64,000 nt of DNA from Dicyema japonicum (taxonomy: Eukaryota; Animalia; Dicyemida): assembly GCA_011109175.1 (NCBI GenBank), contig RDEW01000027.1:606792-670791 (forward strand), written 5' to 3'. A program made the position numbers and the translations under genes. Position 1 is the first letter of the stretch. Each line of letters opens with the position of its first letter. Below the pieces are notes generated by a model. That model was not told the DNA's origin. It did no database searches and was given only the letters and a program-made list of their open reading frames with translations. This document shows positions 24,221 through 36,546 of the stretch, one piece after another.

Positions 24221-26809
24221 TTAATTAAACGAATCACTCGTCCAGAAAAATATTAATATAATAATTAAAGGCATTACAGTAGTGGTACAACAACAAATGG
24301 CAATGAGGACAAAATCAACGTCACAATTCCTCCAAATAGAAACATCCCCTACAGATAAGACATACAAAACCTGGTACAAAACAGGAGAAGCAACGAAAAT
24401 AGACAATTTAGGCTCATCGTAACTACTAATGGTCCACGACGAATAACCATCTATCAAATCATCACTAAACTGAGCCGCATCTACCAATAAGACCCACAAA
24501 AACCCAAATTCTCAAACGCCGGGGAAAGTGCGGTGGACACAAACAGGGGACTTTTATAGCAGTGACCTCCCTGGGAGCCATTAACCCACGAGTAAGTATG
24601 AAACTATGCCAATAAACAGTCAAATCAACGTCACGTGAATCCGATGAATTACTCTTGCATTTTTCCTTAGTAAGACTGACTTCCAGTCCTCCATAGAATG
24701 AAAGCAGTCGTTTAGTAATGAAGCTATACGTGCTCATATCATCCGAGTATGGGCCAATGACAAAGGGGAGTATAGTATTTCCTAAAATAATATTCGTGTA
24801 AACCCTTTAAAGACTGGAGAACAGAACTCAAATCGACGTCATCAGTCATTACAGAGCGAATCAACGAACAGTTCACATCCTTCATAAGGCAATCGAATAA
24901 TTGAGTGACCTACCAAGTCATAATACAATTTGATAATTTAGTTTTATGCAATAACAACATGAATCTGATAATAAATACTAGTTTATTAAACAAGTATGCA
25001 AATGCACTCTATCAGCCATCCCTCTTAAAAAGCCCTTTTTCAGGCCTATCGCAATAGAGAGCATATTAGAGCGGGTTAATCAAGTCTTAGGAAAATAATC
25101 ACAGAAAATATGATCATTAAAAATCAACATAAATAAACTTAAAAAATAATAAAAAACATAAAAAATAAAATATCAAACCGTATTTTTATTGACTCCCAAA
25201 TCAGGAGGGGGATTACTCTTAGTCAGTCTTTTATACAGAAAATTCAGAGTTAAATTAGCCGCCCTAACAATTTGATCAATACAGTCATTCTCTGTGCAGT
25301 TTAGCGTATGGTATTGGTCAAATATGCTATTATACATGCTTGTACCAATAACACTATATATACTTGGATTTGAAACGCTGGTCAAACCCAGTGAGAATAG
25401 CCGACGGCAGAGATGCATTTTTCTTCATAAAGCTCTGAATTGGAGATGACGGGAGATCCCCTGACGAAGGCTTCACCAAAATATTCAAAGTAGTAGCAGT
25501 CGAGTTCAAATCGTCAAAAATTTGCTAAAAGTTAATTTCGAGAATCTTACTTTATTTACATTCGAGGGCGCAAAGTTGTTTTGGTGGACATAAAGCGCTC
25601 CATCAGATGAAATTATTTGGGAGATCTCATACATCTCATCTATGCTTTGAATAGGCAAGTGGAAGTCCTTTAGGATTGTTTCATTCCATTTCCCCTTCTC
25701 CAAGTCTAGTACGGCTCTACTAGAGCCAATATAGTCGAAGGATTCCTAGAATACAAAAAATGCAAACTCCGGCGAAGAATGAGAAAAACAAAGCATGATT
25801 AGGCGCCAAATTTCGGAGACTAGTGAACTTTTCTATCACGGCAATTGTCGCTATCAGTCCTGTGAGAACCGAATCTGCGCCGGCGAGGAGCGCGGAAATT
25901 CTGACATTCCATCCAGCTAATTATGAATGAGTGAAGGATACCTTTGAAACGACCCAGACCACGTGGTCTATTTTCTGAGGATCAGCTGGTAGGAAGAACG
26001 GCAGATGCAGATTATGTCCTCCCAATGGTAGGCAAAAGGTGTCTAATGAATACTCAAACCTACCATATTCAAAGTAATTGGGGGTGTTGGACCGGTAACG
26101 GCAGCGGAGGGAATTTCCCGAGGCCATCATAAAACTCTCCATTCGAGCTGAACATTGCTCTCCGTGGATGGTGATGCACTTAATATTATTATTAATCCAA
26201 ACAGCTTTGATGACGGAAAGGTCGGTCTTTGAGTTCACAACAGCTATTGGAAAGTCTGAAAAATCGTAGTAATATTGTCCGGTTGAGTAATTCGAATTCC
26301 AGGGATGACATTTCTCACCATAAAAGTCTGAAGTTAGAGTGGAACTTGTTTACCATGACGACTGCTTGGACAGCTTAGATCAGGCGAGAAACGCTGATTT
26401 GCAGGAATGTCTGCAGTATTTGTGTTGATTATTATAGCTCCGTGACAATTTCCAGAATTTTTGAGAAACTTAAGAGTATTTCTGGATATTTATGATAAAT
26501 ACCCATCAGAATATAATGGATGCAACAAAGCAATTGAATTCACAATTTTTCCCGCCAATATTTTATTTAAATTATCTTGGTTAGCCACCTCGTAAATACG
26601 GCCAGTAGTTCCAGATGAATAGGCTTTAGTTGCAATATAAGAGTACAAGTGCAGCCAAATTTGTGAGTAGCATTCATAAATTGGACACAGAAAGAAGCAG
26701 AATTGATGTCCTTGTAAACTTCATTGTATAATCCTGACTGGTCTAATGAATGAAAATGCTTAGAATAACCTGAGAAAATTAGACCAAGAACAACAAAAAT
26801 AACTAACAT
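24221..26809 (-). CDS. NCSTN: Nicastrin (gamma-secretase subunit)
   Basis: Signal peptide, then VYKDINSASFCVQFMNATHKFGC, FCLPLGGHNL, GADSV, ESFDYIGSSR (DYIGS motif at ~25722-25736), YNSIFD, LSPAFE, YSSWT and a C-terminal TM segment GMFLFGGIVTLILSSLPFVVV. The stop is at 24274 or 24221 depending on the last intron. Confidence 0.92.
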
Positions 26810-27129
26810 TTGAATTAAAAAAATTAGTAATTTAAATTTAATGAAATTAATTCAATAAATATAAATTATTACTTAAATAAATGCAAATAAAATTTAATTT
26901 TCGGAAATTCCGAATAACCAAGAAAATTGAAATAATTTGTAAATATTGATGAACAGGCCTACATTCAGTAAATTCTACAACCGTCTCATATACCCCCGCA
27001 TTAATTTTAATTTTCGGAAATTCCGAATAACCAAGAAAATTGATCATTGTCAGTTAATAACCAAGAAAAATTGATCATAATGTTCTGAATCTAAGTTTTC
27101 TAGCAGACTTTATACAATAAATACCTGAA

Positions 27130-27720
27130 ACATCTTAAATATGATCCACGTCAATATTTTCTGATGTTCGTGGAAAAAATCATCCGAACTCTCATTTTCT
27201 ATGGAATTAAAAAAATAAACTTTTATACTCTGATGACTGTGTTTATTCCTGAAACTCCTCTTAGTTTTATAAATGGAGTTTCACTTGTGGAGGAATAGAT
27301 CGTGGTGTTATATGTAAAGGTGCTTCGTTTGATAAATTTTTTCCAGTTTTCAGTTGATCCATTAACTTTGCAGGATTTCTTTTTTATCCATGCAAACGAC
27401 TAATCTGTGTTTTTCAATTTTTTGTGTTGAGGTATGGACAATGACCTGATCGAGAAAGTACGATTGGCATGGTGGAGAGGATGATTGTACAATCCAGTAC
27501 AGATATGAATGTAAATTCAAGTGATGGAGACAACTAAGAGCGCCTAGTGGACGAGAACTTCTCGCGGTAGGGAGGCAATACTCCAGAAGTTTGTTTATAC
27601 GAAGACTTCTGATGGTTTTAGTAGATATACAGTCATGAATTGTATTCAGTCGTGACTGAGAAGGCACAGTCTCTGGGATGGTATGTACAATCCGAATTTG
27701 ATCACCAAGAGTAAGAATAA
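27130..27720 (-). CDS. Possible unidentified multi-exon gene
   Basis: 101-codon open stretch with higher GC, plus intron-like gtataaaag..ccatag. No family recognised. Confidence 0.3.
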
Positions 27721-27969
27721 TTCTCCTACAATTACTATATTAATTATTTTATAAATTATTATATAAAATAAAATTTATATTTGGCGAACCTTGTTAAATT
27801 AAGTTTAATTTTAAATAATTTAGTTAATGCAGCATTTAATCATTTTGTCAATGTTTCCCCATTCAATTATCACTGGAAGTTGTAGTGATATACGAGTGAT
27901 CGCATATAAATTATTGTAGTATTTAAATTTTTCATCACAGATATTGGATTGACTGTCATCATGATACTA

Positions 27970-28430
27970 ATTATGAGAGTACAACAAATTACGGATAAAT
28001 CGGCTCTTTTTGGGAAACATGACTATCCCTTCTGGAGAGACTTTTTCAATTAGGAAGATGGATGTACGAGCTTTGTATTACTGTATTATTCACTTACAGT
28101 AGATGCACAGATGATTATAGCCTCGAAACGATTGTTTCCACTGCTTTTCCAATCAGTTCACTTTTATGGGTATTTTCAATGTTAAATTAGTGTTCGTGTA
28201 TGGTGTAGTGATGCAACGAACGACCCACAAGCGTATGTAGTATATTTAGATATAAACCTGATTGGGAATATATTGAGATGGACAGATTTGGTAAATTGTA
28301 GTTGTTTCACATTAATGTAATTAGGACAGGAACATCATTAGATCCTACTGGTAATTATCAGTGTCATTTCAGAGTGCAGTTCAATAAGATACTCAAACAA
28401 TGTGCTTGGAATGTGCTGATAGTTAATTAA
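27970..28430 (+). CDS. Possible small multi-exon gene
   Basis: Three short GT-AG intron-like AT-rich segments separate open stretches; I could not resolve a complete frame. Confidence 0.22.
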
Positions 28431-28699
28431 TGATTAGGAAATAAATGGATTTAGTTTTAAGATATTATTTTGTCATTATTAAGCACTCTCGCCATATGGC
28501 GAAGCATGCGGAACTCAAGAAACTAGTAACTAAGCCATCCTCCTCCACTAGCTCCTGTCATAGGCAAACTCACGTAGTCCATCTAGATCTTCTCCCTCTC
28601 TTAAACGTCTCCTAATCCCTGTTTATTTTGTTAACTTTACATTATTATTCAAATTATTTCTATTTAATTTATTTTTAATAATCCATTTCCTCATTTGAA

Positions 28700-31600
28700 T
28701 AAATAAAGGAAATGAGATGGAATTATGTAAAAATGATACAACGAGTTAAGAAGAGAAAGAAATCGTATAGTCAAGTAGGAAAAAGGAAATTTATGTCAAG
28801 AAAGTTGACGAACGTGTCAGTGAAATTGATAAGTTGGGAAACAAAACACAAATGTTTCGAGCAGTTCGTCTTTTGCAGAGGGGAATTCAACCTACGAATA
28901 TTTGTATTCACGACAGTCAAGGAAGAAATGTATTGGATAATGAAGAAAAAACTGAGATTATTGCCGAATATTTTTGAGGACTTTCGAATGAAAATGAAAC
29001 CTCAGATGTGGAGCCATTTGAGAAATCACCAAGAAGCCTGAATCTACCGATATCTACAGAGGAAACTAACCTGGCAATCATTAAATTAAACAACAACAGG
29101 GGCAGCATACATGGAGAAGACAACATGGAGAAGTGATCAAGTATGCACCAGGCGAACTGACAACCCTCATTACAAAGATATCAATAAGGTATTTGATACG
29201 CATTCCCCTTGAAATTTGGTGATGGAATTTTGATTCCTCTGCATAAACCAGGAAATAGCAAAAGACCGATAAAAATCTAAGAGCTGTGATATTACTGGGA
29301 TCATTGAAAAAGATACTATCTCTGATAACCCTCAGTCGGATGTCTTCTGATGTTTATGAATTTCTGTCGCCGGGACAGAGTGAGTTCAGAAAGGGACGCT
29401 CGACCGCAGATGCTGTTTGGTCCCACAGGTGGATATGTGCCATGTGTCAACGATACTGGAGTGATTTTAAAATTTTGGGAGTGGACATGTCCAGTGTGTT
29501 TGACACTGTCAACAGAAAAACATTGTTGGACGTTGCTGGGAGTTTTTTTGATGAGGATAACACAAAACTTGTCCGCTTCCTATTATCACTGAATTAACTG
29601 TACGAGTTGGGAACACAACATCGGAGCCTTTCGGACAACAGTTGGAAAACCTCAATGGGACTCTATCTCCGATTCTATTCGTCGTATACCTGGAAGCGGT
29701 ATTGAGAACTCTTAGAACAAAATGTGAAGGATGCATGCCGATGGATATGCAGATGACATAGATTTTGTGTCAGAAAATGATTTGGAACTTGGACTTGTTT
29801 TAGAGAAAATCCCTGGAGAATTTAAGAATTGGTTTCTGCGAGTTAATCAGGAAAAGACTGAGCACATAAGAATCACAAGGGAATCAAAATACAGTAGGAC
29901 CCCGCCCCAATCAAACCCCGGCCCTGGGGCACCCTCTGTATTTGGGGCGATTTTTTAAATAAATATAATTATAAATGATCTTTTACATTTTTTCACATTT
30001 TTCGTTCAATAAATTCAAAATAAAAACCCCGCTTTTTGGGGCACTTTCTCTATAGAAAATTTAAAAATCTATTATTTTAATTTTATCTTTAATTTATTAA
30101 TTTTCAAATAATTGTCAGCATGCCTGCGAAGCTTGGTCGATTAAACATGGATGGCTAGATCGATTTAAAAAGCGACATGAATTACTATTCAAAGTAATTT
30201 CGGGTGAAAAAAACTCATCCGACAAAAAAAAAACTTAGAGTTTTTTTAACAATTACGACAGTTTATTTGAGGAATACGATAAAAAAGATATTTTTAACTG
30301 CGACGAAACTTCTCTTTTTATTAAAAAATTCACGTAGATCATTTGTTTCTTCAAATGATGATTGTTTTGGTAAAACGAAAAGTAAAAGAACGAGTTTCAG
30401 TTCTTTTATGCGATGGATATTTTTGATACATGGCTACAAAAAATAAACTTGGAAATGGTTCAAAAAACAGGAAAATTTTGATTATTATGGATAATGCACG
30501 TTGTCACAAATGTCAGGAATATTCAAACTTATCATTTCTTAAACTTCCTAAAAACACAACAGCACTTCTTCAACCTTTAGATATGGGGATCATAAACTCA
30601 TTCAAATCATGTTATAAGAATGTTCTTTATGAAATGATATGTCTTGACGATGCTAATGAATACTATGATGCCCTGTTGAAGATCAATATGAGACAAGTAG
30701 TCGCATTTGTGGGAGAAGCATGGACTCGTGTAACAAAAACTACAATATTGAATTGTTGGAAAAAGATAAATGAGCAAAGAACATTTGTCCATGAAACAAA
30801 TTCAAAAAAAGAATCCGAATTAATTGATGAACATATTTAACAGAACTTGAAATAAATGGAATAGAAGACAATGAGGCTTTGTATAATGGAAATAATGAGA
30901 TGGATGGGCTATATTTAAAAGATACAATAAAAATTATGAATAATCTTGAATCTTCATTATTTAACATTTGTCCTGAAGGGCTTAAAGAATACTATGAATT
31001 TAGGATTAAAATTTCAAAAATGCTAAGAAACAAATATTCCATTGGGAACAAAATAACTATTTTTTCATAAATAAATTGATTCCTTTTTGCAATATGAAGC
31101 AAAACATTGTATTATAAAAAATAATTATTTAAAAATACGAATAGAGAGGTTAAAAATGTAATAATTTAGTATACTCTCTATATTTGGGGCACTTTTCTAT
31201 TGGGGCGGGGTCCTACTGTATATTGATGAAAATTGGAGGAAAAAAGGAAATTGGGATCCTTACTTGGTGATAGTGAGGACATGATGTACAGAAGAGTTCT
31301 AGCCACTCCCATGTATAAGAAATTGCAGAAGATATGGAGTCGACAAAAACTAATAAAAACAAATCTAAGAATAAGACTATACAACGCATATATAAAACCG
31401 GTGCATATGTACAACTCGGGTACATGGGGGTCACAGAGCTAGAGTTCAAGAAAATGAATATATTTCATCGCAAAAAATTACGCAATTCAATGGGCCTAGG
31501 TTGGCCCAAGAAGATTTCAAACAATAAATTATACTCTGTGGCACAATCGAGGCCAATAAGCATCGACATTATTGAATCAAGGTGGAGACTGTTCGGGCAC

Positions 31601-31895
31601 GTCCTCAGAATGGACATAAACGCCCCTGCAAAAATAATAATGGATAATTACTTTAACAGTGAGAACAAACCATCAATCAGAGGAAAACCCAGAGTCACTC
31701 ACCAGTGGCTCTGAACAAGGATCTTAATGGGATTAGAAGAAATCATAAATCTACAAAAGACCTAGAAGATCTAAGGACAGATGCGCAAAGCAGAGTGCGA
31801 TGGAGACGCCTAGTGAAGCAGTTTGTGGAACGTGTGGCACAAACGGGATTTTAGTTAATATAACGTTCTTTGGTTCTGTGAAAGTGCTTTTTAAT
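28700..31895 (+). mobile_element. RTE-clade LINE (RT region to 3' tail), interrupted by a Tigger insertion
   Basis: NLRAVILLGSLKKIL, QSEFRKGRSTADAV, GVDMSSVFDTVNR, YADDIDF, VNQEKTEH, KLGSLLGD, RLYNAYIKPVHMYNSGTW and SRWRLFGHVLR. The 3' end is aaagtgcttttt(aat)n. Confidence 0.9.
29892..31218 (+). mobile_element. Tigger/pogo DNA transposon, internally deleted
   Basis: TIR CAGTAGGACCCCGCCCCAAT / ATTGGGGCGGGGTCCTACTG flanked by TA. Motifs GWLDRFKKRH, FNCDET, MDNARCH, LQPLDMGII and TILNCWKK. Confidence 0.93.
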
Positions 31896-32149
31896 AATAA
31901 TTTCCTCATTGCTCTTAATATTAATCAAATCTTTATTCCAAGACCACCATTACGCTGCGATCAGCTTCAAGAGATTCTCTAAACAACTGGATATCAAAGT
32001 ACCTGCCCGCAAACCGAAAAATGAACTTTACCAAGAACTATTATCAGACAAGCAAGTCTCAGGTTATCGCCGGATTAAAGAACTCAAAAAAGTATATTCA
32101 ATTCACCTAAACACCTAAGCAAATACGCAATTAGCTACCTACGGAAATT

Positions 32150-32760
32150 TTTAACCTGTTCGTTAACTGGAACACTATCCCCCAAATATGTAAGAACTCG
32201 TTCCCAATTCTTACAGACCAATCTCATTGACCTCTACTATATCAAAAGTGTTAGAAAAGTTGATCCTATCTGAAATTACTATTTCCCTAACTCAATTGAA
32301 TTTCCAACACGGATTCCGTTCTGGAAGATCAACCACGACTTTCTTTCAACGCTTTCACAATTCATTGCGGATGGTTTCAACACTACCTCAAAACACATGC
32401 GGACAACAATGGTCTCAATTGACATCAATAAAGCGTTTGACTCGGTACCGAGGAAACATTTAATTGGAAAAATCTTTGATTCAAAAATTCGCCTTAACTT
32501 GAAGCTATGGCTGGCCAATTTTTTTATCTGGAAGACGTAGGAGGGTCATCTGTGGCCACCTTAGATCACGATCACATTGCTACCAAAGCTACCAAACGGA
32601 GTGCCCCAAGGTTCGTCTTTGTCCCTCACTCTATTCAACCTTTTCACCACGGGACGCGACATTTGTATCATTGATCTCTTGGAAGAAGTAGAAATGTAAA
32701 CATCCCACCAACTCATTGGGTCTTCATACATAATCTCCGCAACATCTCCCTGTAGCGCAA
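32150..32760 (+). mobile_element. Jockey/I-like RT fragment
   Basis: RPISLTSTISKVLEK, QHGFRSGRST, SIDINKAFDSV and NGVPQGSSLS..LFN; frameshifted. Confidence 0.8.
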
Positions 32761-33273
32761 TGTTCACTCTCCTCTTAAATTGAATTTAACGGAAATCAAA
32801 TAATGTTAACTTTTTTTCTTTTTGAGTCACTGAAGACACCCAACTTTGAAGTGATCATCATTGATGACGGCGTCACTTGTCAATCCCAGAGGCACCATAG
32901 ATGCGTGGAACCTTCAACCTTAACAGACAACATCGAGATTAGAACCCGGAACCATCTGGATTTGTGACTGCGCTGATGGGGACATGTCGAAGAGTCTCCA
33001 TCGACCTCTAAAGACTACCCCCACCTTGTATAAAGATTTTATTACTCTGTTACATAAAATAAGCAAATCACTAATAAAAATTTATTATAGAATAAACAAT
33101 ATAACAGCAAATTAATCATCAATGAAATCGTTTGAGTACTCCTCATCACTTCCCGGCACAACTGTTCCCCTACTTTCATCTAAGCCATCTTCCAGACGAC
33201 GTTCTTCACCCACTTCCCCAGAAACTGATAAAATTAAGAAAACCACCATTGGGAGAGATAAACTCTCCCATTA

Positions 33274-35099
33274 TTAAGTCGGACCGAGTCGAGATTTTCT
33301 GCATAAACGCATCAAAGACAGACTCCGACTCGACTTTTGGGCTAAAAATGAGATTGGAGAGGCAAACGTGGAGTCCTCATTAAGATTCGAAAAGAAGGAG
33401 TTAAACTGCTTAAAAGTCTCCTCAATATAATTCAGGAATTCATTATTTTCCAGCAACGAATGCTTCGACAATTCCTTGGTTAAGCGTTTATTTTCCTTAA
33501 AGAGCTAAAATGAACCCAAATTCGACCGAAGAGAGCTGTTCAACCAAATCCTTCTTCTCGTGGTTGGACTTCTTCAGTTGAAGCTTCAAACCGTCAATCT
33601 CTTGACGCAATTTGTTGACTTGATGAACGTTGGATAGTTTGCTATGGTCGTCAGTCTTTGGGTTGATCCTTCCAATAAGAATTCACGATACCTTAAATTC
33701 TCTGATTTTGAAAACGGAGAAATGCTCAGCCAACCGAACTGCATATACAAACAAAATACAGAGCTTTGGCCATTTCCACAGTTGATTCTCAGTTGCTCGT
33801 GAATTCCATCGATGATAATCGTGTCTCAAATAAACCATCTACAATACCGATGTCGTTATCTCGGATATCAAAAACGAATAGAGAAGTGTTTAGTCTCAGC
33901 ATATCAAGCACTGCTTGTCCACCATGAACGGTTATCCCAATTCGCTGTAAGTCAACAGCTAAATTAAACAAATTTGAAAGAAGCATTATAGGACTAAACT
34001 ATTTTCTTATAAGTTACTTAAAAACTAATATATTCCTAATAAAATAAAAATTTAAATTAAAACAATAAAAATTATTTTTAAAAATAATGAAAACTGCTAA
34101 GCGATGTGTGACAAAACAATTTGGTAATACATAAGTAAAAATTAGATAATACATTAGCATAACAATGACAATTGAATAAAGAATAATCGGCCTACCTTTG
34201 ACCCAAACGTCATTCTCCAAAGTGTTCGCAATCTCCTTAACTCCATCATCATTAATCGACGGGTTGTCATTCAAAGTTACACGTCTGAGACAGTTCATTC
34301 TGTCAAAATTTGGCAATTGATATCTCAGTGTGTGCTTCCACGCTTCATCGTGCCTTCTGACGGCATGTGACTACAATAAAAGTTAACCCAACTTTAATCA
34401 CCGAGCAGAGCAAGGAGACCGAATCGTTCGTCAGACCACAGCCACTTAGATTCAGCACAGAAATAGAATCCTGGATTCCCTCAAGAACGGCTAAATTGAT
34501 ACCCACAGCTCACTTTTTGCTCCTTCATCCTCAATACTGGAGTACGCAAAGGAGAGAGATTTTAGCTTTATCTCTGAGGATCTGATGAACTTGCATAATT
34601 CTGCCAAATTACTTTAAAAATGCAAATTATGTGGCCTTTGGTGAGAGACAGGCCCCTCCAGGTGAAGAACCATGAGGGACCTGTCGTAGGAAATCAGACA
34701 GTGAGTGATCTGACAAGCCTTCTAATGATAATTGGATCATTGATCGATGGGTGGTGCTTTTTAGGAGATCGATTGGTCCGCATGTCGCCCCCCGTTTTAT
34801 AGACTAAAATATTAAGTAAAGTTAATTTGAGGGATTTGAGTAAATTTACAATTTTCAATCGTCCGGATATTCCGAATCGACACCTTCTCCATGTCCCTGT
34901 TTACGTTTATGGTGTTGAGGAGAGCGTTCCAGTCGCACTTTCTAGGATGGAAATAATTTGCTTACTGCAGTTTTTCTGCTTCAATTTCAAGAAATTTAGA
35001 CCGGGCCATCGTTCTGATGTGGTTGGAGGGAGTGGAGCTCTCCAGGGAGCATTGCTTGAGATAAACCGCATCAAAGTCAAAATCTTTGTTCGTCATCAT
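33274..35099 (-). CDS. CEP78: Centrosomal protein 78 (LRR); 3' end approximate
   Basis: DWNALLNTINVNRDM, RRHDEAWKHTLRYQLPNFDRMNCLRRVTLNDN and DVWVK/AVDLQRIGIT..NTSLFVFDIRDN follow the remembered CEP78 motifs; coiled-coil C-terminal part. Confidence 0.85.
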
Positions 35100-35308
35100 T
35101 TCGAAATAGTAGTTTCTTTAATTATATAACAAAAATGCTACGTCGAGAACGCTGGCGGCGTTGTATTTGTGGAACTATAGAAATATTTATGACAAATTTG
35201 ATTTATTTAATTAAATTATTTTATTATTAATTAAATATTTATAGCAGATATTTAACTTGAGAATAATTTGTTCAAATAATTAGTCGGTGTGGTTCTGCTG
35301 GTTTCAAA

Positions 35309-36546
35309 ATGATTCGAGGGGTAGGCTTGTTTTGATCATTCTAGGCTATTAGAAAAGTGACGCTGATACCAGGTGATGGAATCGGCCCTGAGATATCGGA
35401 ATCTGTTCAAAAAATATTCTTGGCCGCTCAAGTATATTAAAATCAATAACCCCAATCTCCTAGGCTCCAATAGAATGGGAGGTGGTTAATGTGACTCCAG
35501 TAAAATCTATTGATGGGTCGTATATGATTCCAAGGGAGTGCATTGAGTCGATGGGGAACACCAAGGTTGGACTAAAGGGTCCCTTAGCTACTCCAATTGG
35601 AAAGGGCCACCAGTCTCTCAACCTCCTCCTAAGAAAGTTTAGCTTTATAATATTCAGGACTTTTAACCTCTTTGCGAATGTCAGACCTTGCAAATCATTG
35701 GTTGGATATAAAACCTTGTACGACAACGTTGATGTGGTGACCATCAGAGAAAACACTGAGGGGGAATACAGTGGTATCGAACACGTGGTTTACATACGCC
35801 TTATTTTAGGTGACTCCTGGAGTTGTTCAGAGTATTAAACTTATAACGCAGAAGGCTTCTAGGAGAGTAGCCGAATTCGCTTTTAAATATGCACGTGATA
35901 ACAACCGCAGTGGAGTCACAGCGGTCCACAAGGCTAACATAATGTTTGGATTTCAAATTGAGTTACTTTAGGCGAATGTCTGATGGTCTCTTCCTTAAGT
36001 GCTGTCGACAGGTTGCAGCGGAAAACCCTGATATTCCCTTTAACGAGATGAATCTTGATACTGTGTGCCTTAATGTACGAGATTTCTGTAAACCTATTAG
36101 ATGACTCAAAATCCGAGTAACTTTGACTTACTACTGATGCCGAATCTATACGGGGATATTCTCAGGTCTTCAATTTACGTTAATCCAGTGATTTGTGTGC
36201 TGGGCTTATTGGAGGGTTGGGAATCACTCCCAGTGGGAATATTGGGGAAGAAGGAGCCATTTTTGAATCGGTTGTCATATTCTTTATTCCAGGTCCACGG
36301 AACTGCCCCTGATATTGCGGGACTTGACATGGCGAACCCGACCGCCTTGCTGTTGAGCAGCTGCATGATGCTCAGATATCTTAATCTGCCTGATCATGCT
36401 AATCGTATTGAGAAAGCCTGTCTTAGGGCTATTGCTGATGCTTCTGTATTATAATTTCTTGATTCCAGGCACTCACTAAAGACTTGGGCGGGGATTCTAC
36501 TTGTTCTCAGTTTACGAGCGCTGTCATTGACCATCTTGAGGATTAG
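35309..36546 (+). CDS. IDH3A: Isocitrate dehydrogenase (NAD+) subunit alpha; 10 exons, 9 introns of 21-32 nt
   Basis: Fully spliceable: [112 protein letters not shown]. Confidence 0.97.
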
